Below, in pieces: positions 41,178-46,063 of a DNA stretch of 46,063 bases. The position numbers and the translations under genes are program-made. The stretch is from Synechococcus sp. (GTDB taxonomy: Bacteria; Cyanobacteriota; Cyanobacteriia; Thermostichales; PCC-7336): NCBI GenBank assembly GCA_051439605.1, contig JBFRWN010000126.1, positions 1 to 46,063 of the forward strand, read 5' to 3'. The stretch's first letter is position 1. Each line of letters opens with the position of its first letter. Under the pieces are notes generated by a model. It was not told where the DNA came from and made no database searches. It worked only from the letters and a program-made list of their open reading frames with translations.

Positions 41178-42578
41178 ATGGATGTAGCGGGATCGCCATC
41201 ACTGGATAACCCTACTGTTTTTGTGGCCACTGGCGATCTTGACAGAGCCCGCCATAGCTTGGCCCATGCCCTTGATGGCATTAACCTGTCTGAGGAAGAG
41301 CGGGAGCTGTGCCAGGAGGAACTGCAGGAGTTGCAGACAATGAAGGCAAAGCTCGATCGCAATCGACTGGCGATCGCCGTGTTTGGCGTTGTGGGTCGGG
41401 GGAAGTCCGCCACGATCAATGCCCTGCTGGGTCAAGAAGTGATGGCAACTGGGGCAGCCCACGGCACCACCCGATCGGGACTATCGGCCAAATGGACCGT
41501 TCGGCTGAAGGGAAAGGGGGATAAAAAGGGGGAAACCCTCAACATAGAGTTGCTGGATACACCAGGACTAAACGATGTCGCCGGAGAAACCCGCGATCGC
41601 TTGGCTTTTGACGTGGCGCGCCGGGCTGACCTGATCTTATTCGTCGTGTCGGGGGATATTACCCATTACGAGAATCAAGCACTGCTGCAGTTGCGGCAAC
41701 TGCAAAAACCCATTTTGTTGGTGTTCAACAAGATTGACCTCTACCCCGATCGCGATCGGCAAACGATTTACGAGCAGTTGAGCAATCCCCGCATTCAAGA
41801 GCTAATTTCTACCCAAGAAATCGTCTTGGTATCGGCCAATCCGAAACCAGATGAGGTGCAAGTTCAGGCCAAAGACGGTTCTGTGCAAACGGTGTGGGAG
41901 GAAAAGCCTGCCGAGATTGCTCCGCTCAAAAAACGAATCGTGCAGCTAGTACGGCGTGAAGGTCCCTCCTTGATCGCTTTAAATGTGTTGCGGTCGGTGG
42001 ATGAGGTACGCGATCGCCTGATCGACCGCAAGTTGCAATTGAAGGAGCAGGAAATTTCCGACCTGATCTGGAAATTTGTGGCGGCCAAGTCAATGGCGGT
42101 GTTTGTGAACCCAATCGCCTTGCTGGATATCGCGGTGGGGGTGGCGATCGACGTGGGAATGGTGACGGCATTGGCGAAGCGATACGGCATTACCATGACC
42201 CGCTACGGGGCACGCACCCTGTTGCGCAAGTTGGCCTTGGGCTGGGTCGGCCTAATTGCGGTGGAACTATCCACTAGTGTATTGCTGGGAATTGGCAAGA
42301 CGGCGGCAGTGGGTACAGCGATCGCAACGGGAGCAGCCTCGGTGGGTGGAACCCTTTCCACCTACAGCACGGCTGGCATGTCGCAGGCAGCAGTGGCAGG
42401 GTTAACTTCCTACCTCATTGGACAGGCAGTGCGGGAGTACCTGAAAGCGGGTTGCGATGAAAATCCGATTAGCCCCAAGCAAGCGATGCGATCGGTGTTG
42501 GCGAAGCTGGATAGGGATTCGATATTGCAGCGAATTCGGCAGGAGCTGGGGGAACACTTGAGAACGATCGAACGATAA
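41178..42578 (+). CDS. Second GTPase with DUF697 domain
   Basis: G1 GVVGRGKS, G3 DTPG, G4 NKID; NPIALLD motif; starts 2 bp after its paralog. Confidence 0.88.
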   Translation: MDVAGSPSLDNPTVFVATGDLDRARHSLAHALDGINLSEEERELCQEELQELQTMKAKLDRNRLAIAVFGVVGRGKSATINALLGQEVMATGAAHGTTRSGLSAKWTVRLKGKGDKKGETLNIELLDTPGLNDVAGETRDRLAFDVARRADLILFVVSGDITHYENQALLQLRQLQKPILLVFNKIDLYPDRDRQTIYEQLSNPRIQELISTQEIVLVSANPKPDEVQVQAKDGSVQTVWEEKPAEIAPLKKRIVQLVRREGPSLIALNVLRSVDEVRDRLIDRKLQLKEQEISDLIWKFVAAKSMAVFVNPIALLDIAVGVAIDVGMVTALAKRYGITMTRYGARTLLRKLALGWVGLIAVELSTSVLLGIGKTAAVGTAIATGAASVGGTLSTYSTAGMSQAAVAGLTSYLIGQAVREYLKAGCDENPISPKQAMRSVLAKLDRDSILQRIRQELGEHLRTIER

Positions 42579-42675
42579 CACTGCAAGCCAATCGACCTAG
42601 TTGCGAGCCCTGTTTTTCAACGATCGCGCTATCCATACTTCAGAACCTTACGCCAAAATTCCAAATTGCCATTCC

Positions 42676-43638
42676 TTAGGATTGACGTTGTAGGCTCGGC
42701 TTGATGACTTTAAGCAGTGTTGGACGTCCATTGGGCAAGCCATCGTAAACTAAGACTACTGTATAACTGGATCTAGATTCTTCTAGAATCGTTATGCCTT
42801 CTGCTTTAGCACCTGTCTCGGTTGGAATTTCTCCCAGCAATATAGTCCGATCTTCTGTCGGACGATCGCTGCCAATTATACAGTCTGAACCATCCCAAAA
42901 ATAAAGTTGGTAAGGTCCAAAACCATCACCGACAGGACCAGCAAGAATCAAAAAACCATCGTTGACTTTTACGATATCCCGAATACCGTTACCCATAAGG
43001 TTGACAAACAGTAATTCATAGTCTTTCTCATGGTGACAGTCTTTGATGACCATCACAGGAACGTAGTTTCCACGGAGAACTGGGCCTCTGAATCCGAGAT
43101 ATAGAGTATCGCCATGAGAGGCAATTCCCTCGATATCGACTCCATTTTCCTTGCTAGGAATTCCCGAAAAAGGCTTTAACAATTCGTCATTCTCTATAAT
43201 CTCTTTGATTCGGATGGTGACAATCTCTTCTTCTACAGTTGCATCTTGAGGGTTGAGTTTGAGCTTAAAAATACTGTTTTTCTTGTCTTCCGCAACTAAT
43301 TGGGTAAACCGTTTGCGGTTGTCTGAATAAGGTTTATTGTCTTTGATGGTTAAGCGCTTTAAGGAGTGAGAACCCACTACAAACAAAGTATCGCCATTAC
43401 TCATTGACATTCCTTCAATGTCAATCTCCTGCTCGTCCTGCTCTGCAAGAACGGGGAGTTTAATTTCTAGGTCTTCCTTGACAACGTAGCCATCACCTTC
43501 TTTCTTTAAAATCTGAATCTTTCTTTTGCTCTCATCAGAACCGATCGCCAGAAAATCTCCGAAAGAGATAATAGCACTAATGTCTTCATCTTTTTTGATG
43601 ACTCCCTTAAATTCTATCCTTCCTAACTCTCCGATCAT
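42676..43638 (-). CDS. DUF3616 domain protein (probable beta-propeller)
   Basis: EIDIEG, VGSHSLKR, IPSKENGVDIEG, LGFRGPVLRG, GIRDI and KAEGI motifs. ATG at 43638; visibly AT-richer than neighbours. Confidence 0.85.
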   Translation of the reverse strand: MIGELGRIEFKGVIKKDEDISAIISFGDFLAIGSDESKRKIQILKKEGDGYVVKEDLEIKLPVLAEQDEQEIDIEGMSMSNGDTLFVVGSHSLKRLTIKDNKPYSDNRKRFTQLVAEDKKNSIFKLKLNPQDATVEEEIVTIRIKEIIENDELLKPFSGIPSKENGVDIEGIASHGDTLYLGFRGPVLRGNYVPVMVIKDCHHEKDYELLFVNLMGNGIRDIVKVNDGFLILAGPVGDGFGPYQLYFWDGSDCIIGSDRPTEDRTILLGEIPTETGAKAEGITILEESRSSYTVVLVYDGLPNGRPTLLKVIKPSLQRQS

Positions 43639-44112
43639 TGTCTTTATCCAAAAAGGAAACTGCAAGGGTATAAAGATAAGGGGATATCCCAATCGATAAA
43701 GCAGCTAATCTACGGGCAGAAAACTATGGTCCACCTATGCAGTTCGAAGACCTACTTCCAAACAATATTTATTCTGCAATAGCATTGTATATGTAGGCAG
43801 CTGTTCCGAAGCAGAGAAACTAGAAGATTGATATTTTTTGTGATATTTTGATGGTCGTTTAATTGGCCGTGTCAAGTATTGTACTTTAAGGACGTGGGCA
43901 TCCAATCATTTGCCCAACAAGAAGTTGTTTGTTTTATCAGGTAAATCTCTACACTTTCAAGACTATGCATTAGTTCGTTGCCTCGAATAGCACAACTCGC
44001 TGCCCCACACAGAACATTTCTGCCTCCTCAACGATCGCTATCTCGCTCTCAGAAATTTGAAGCAGTTCGGGGTAAAGTCGAAATATCGAAAATACCAACC
44101 CGATACGTCATT

Positions 44113-45666
44113 GTGGTGTTCCCCAACTTAAATCGCTTCAAACGCCTGGCAGACGAAGGAAACTTCATCCCCGTCTACCGCGAACTCGTCGCCGATCTGG
44201 AGACCCCAGTATCCGCTTGGTATCGAGTCTGCGCCAACCGCCCCTATAGCTTTTTGCTGGAGTCCGTCGAAGGGGGCGAACAGGTGGGCCGCTATAGCTT
44301 TTTAGGCTGCGATCCCCTCTGGGTGCTAGAGACAAGGGGCGCTTGCACCACCCAAATCTTTCGAGATGGTACTACCCGCACGTTCGAGGGGGATCCGTTT
44401 GCAGCACTCACGAGCTGTTTAGTGTCCCTCAACCCCGTCCACCTACCGGAGTTACCCTCCAGTATCGCGGGGTTGGTGGGCTACTGGGGATACGACCTGA
44501 TGCGCTGGATCGAGCCCAAAGTGCCGGTGTTCGATCCAGAAGAGGGTGACGCCCCCGATTGTCTGCTTATGCAGATGGATAGCATTCTGATCTTCGATCA
44601 GGTGAAGCGCAAAATTTGGGTCATTACTTACGCTGATTTGCAGCAGGCGTCAGTGGAGGACGCCTATCAAGCCGCCTGCGATCGCCTGGAGGAGTTAGCT
44701 GACAGACTCACTGCCCCTCTGGCCACCGATAAGCTTTTCCTTAACTGGCAGCTACCAAACACAGTCGAGGTTCCCTACACCACCAGCATCACCCACGATC
44801 GCTTTTGCGACATGGTGATAAAAGGCAAGGACTACATTAAGGCGGGTGACATATTTCAGGTGGTGTTGTCCCAACGGCTTACCACCCCCTATACCGGCGA
44901 CCCGTTCGCGTTGTTTCGCGCGCTACGCTTGATTAACCCCTCCCCCTACATGGCCTACCTGCAGCTGGGAGAGATGCAGCTGATTGGCTCCAGCCCAGAG
45001 GTCATGGTGAAGCTGGATTGGATGGGAGATCGCTCGGTGGCGGCAGTACGACCCATTGCCGGTACCCGTCCTCGCGGAAAGACAAAAGTGGAGGATGTGG
45101 CCCTGGAGGAGGACTTGTTGGCGGACCCCAAGGAACGGGCGGAACACGTCATGCTGGTGGACTTGGGCCGAAACGATCTGGGTCGCGTCTGCGAACGTGG
45201 GTCAGTTTCCGTAGACGAGTTAATGATTATCGAGCGCTACAGCCACGTAATGCACATCGTCAGCAACGTCACCGGACAGTTGCAGTCGGGTCAAAGTGCT
45301 TGGGATTTGCTGAAGGCGACATTCCCGGCTGGCACCGTTAGCGGTGCCCCCAAGATTCGGGCTATGCAGATTATTCACGAATTAGAAGGATTAAGGCGGG
45401 GGCCTTATTCAGGGGCTTACGGGTACTACGATTTTACTGGGCAGCTGAACACTGCGATTACCATCCGGACTTTAGTGGTGCAAAACGGGCAGGTATCCGT
45501 GCAGGCTGGGGCCGGTATCGTAGCAGATTCAGATCCCGAGAAGGAATATCAGGAAACCCTCAATAAGGCGAGGGGCATGTTGGAGGCTATTGGGTTGGCT
45601 CTACAGACACAATCGGCGGAGCCTATTGCTTCTAGATCCCGCAGTAACTCCACAACGCCCCGATAG
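44113..45666 (+). CDS. trpE: Anthranilate synthase component I
   Basis: DLETPVSA, FLLESVEGG, GDIFQVVLSQR, NPSPYM, RPIAGTRPRG, AEHVMLVDLGRND and GTVSGAPK motifs. Likely GTG start at 44113. Confidence 0.96.
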   Translation: MVFPNLNRFKRLADEGNFIPVYRELVADLETPVSAWYRVCANRPYSFLLESVEGGEQVGRYSFLGCDPLWVLETRGACTTQIFRDGTTRTFEGDPFAALTSCLVSLNPVHLPELPSSIAGLVGYWGYDLMRWIEPKVPVFDPEEGDAPDCLLMQMDSILIFDQVKRKIWVITYADLQQASVEDAYQAACDRLEELADRLTAPLATDKLFLNWQLPNTVEVPYTTSITHDRFCDMVIKGKDYIKAGDIFQVVLSQRLTTPYTGDPFALFRALRLINPSPYMAYLQLGEMQLIGSSPEVMVKLDWMGDRSVAAVRPIAGTRPRGKTKVEDVALEEDLLADPKERAEHVMLVDLGRNDLGRVCERGSVSVDELMIIERYSHVMHIVSNVTGQLQSGQSAWDLLKATFPAGTVSGAPKIRAMQIIHELEGLRRGPYSGAYGYYDFTGQLNTAITIRTLVVQNGQVSVQAGAGIVADSDPEKEYQETLNKARGMLEAIGLALQTQSAEPIASRSRSNSTTPR

Positions 45667-46063
45667 GAGGAATGGCAAATCAGGATGAGACCGACCATTA
45701 ACTGATGGAGCCAGGAGTGGGTGAAGGGGGTAGAACAAGACTTCCGGCTCTTGACTGAGGGGCTCAAAGGCCTGTTCGAGTGCTTCTGCCGCGTTCTCTT
45801 TTTGCTGATAGAGAACCTTACGACTGACGTCGTATTACTCGGCATTCTGGGTTACGGGTTCCTTTTTGGAGAGCACCTGGACAGCTAGATGTTGACGAAC
45901 TGTGGGAGGGAGACTGGCTGCGACTGAGGGGGGTTGGGTCAACCATGTGGATCTGTCAACAGACCCCGCGTGCAGAATCTTAAAGCTTAAGCATTTTATA
46001 GCTATCCTTAACATTACTCAGAGCAGTTCGACCGAGTAGTCTCCTCGACAATCAACCATCCGT

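Larger units (their letters stand above)
1..46063. repeat. Dispersed HIP1 octamers (GCGATCGC)
   Basis: Many occurrences throughout coding and non-coding DNA, e.g. 518-525 and 868-875; a hallmark of many cyanobacterial genomes. Confidence 0.9.

Noticed and set aside
45549..45845. 98-aa minus-strand ORF overlapping the trpE 3' end
   Set aside because: It overlaps a core gene in antisense by more than 100 bp and has no recognisable domain; support is insufficient.
1..46063. CRISPR array, tRNA, rRNA, prophage or known defence genes
   Set aside because: No regularly spaced repeats, cloverleaf signatures or diagnostic protein motifs were seen by eye.

Overview
Core chromosomal segment of a cyanobacterium, inferred from many HIP1 octamers (GCGATCGC) and the genes ycf37, ictB, ndhD and a pentapeptide-repeat gene. 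Recognisable genes are an MgtC/DUF4010 membrane protein, a P2-type cation ATPase, a GerMN protein, DUF3611, a multidomain REC-wHTH-Hpt-REC-REC regulator, ppsA, ictB, an MFS transporter, a CrtISO-like oxidoreductase, an orphan HAMP histidine kinase, ycf37, NAD kinase, ndhD, NADH-GOGAT (gltB-gltD), yaiI, a FetA/FetB-like ABC pair, an alpha/beta hydrolase, tatC, a 2-Cys peroxiredoxin, two tandem DUF697 GTPases, an AT-rich DUF3616 gene and trpE. The ORF track does not explain several other things. A 73-aa protein is built from two tandem GS-inactivating-factor (IF7/GifA)-like repeats. A 56-aa conserved small ORF is missing from the track. Two diverged copies of one IS 3' end lie at 1-121 and about 33452-33679. 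There is also a Coa1-like pseudogene, an operator-like palindrome over the ndhD promoter, and a possible structured RNA leader upstream of ppsA. No rRNA, tRNA or CRISPR array was seen. All family assignments come from reading motifs by eye, not from database searches.
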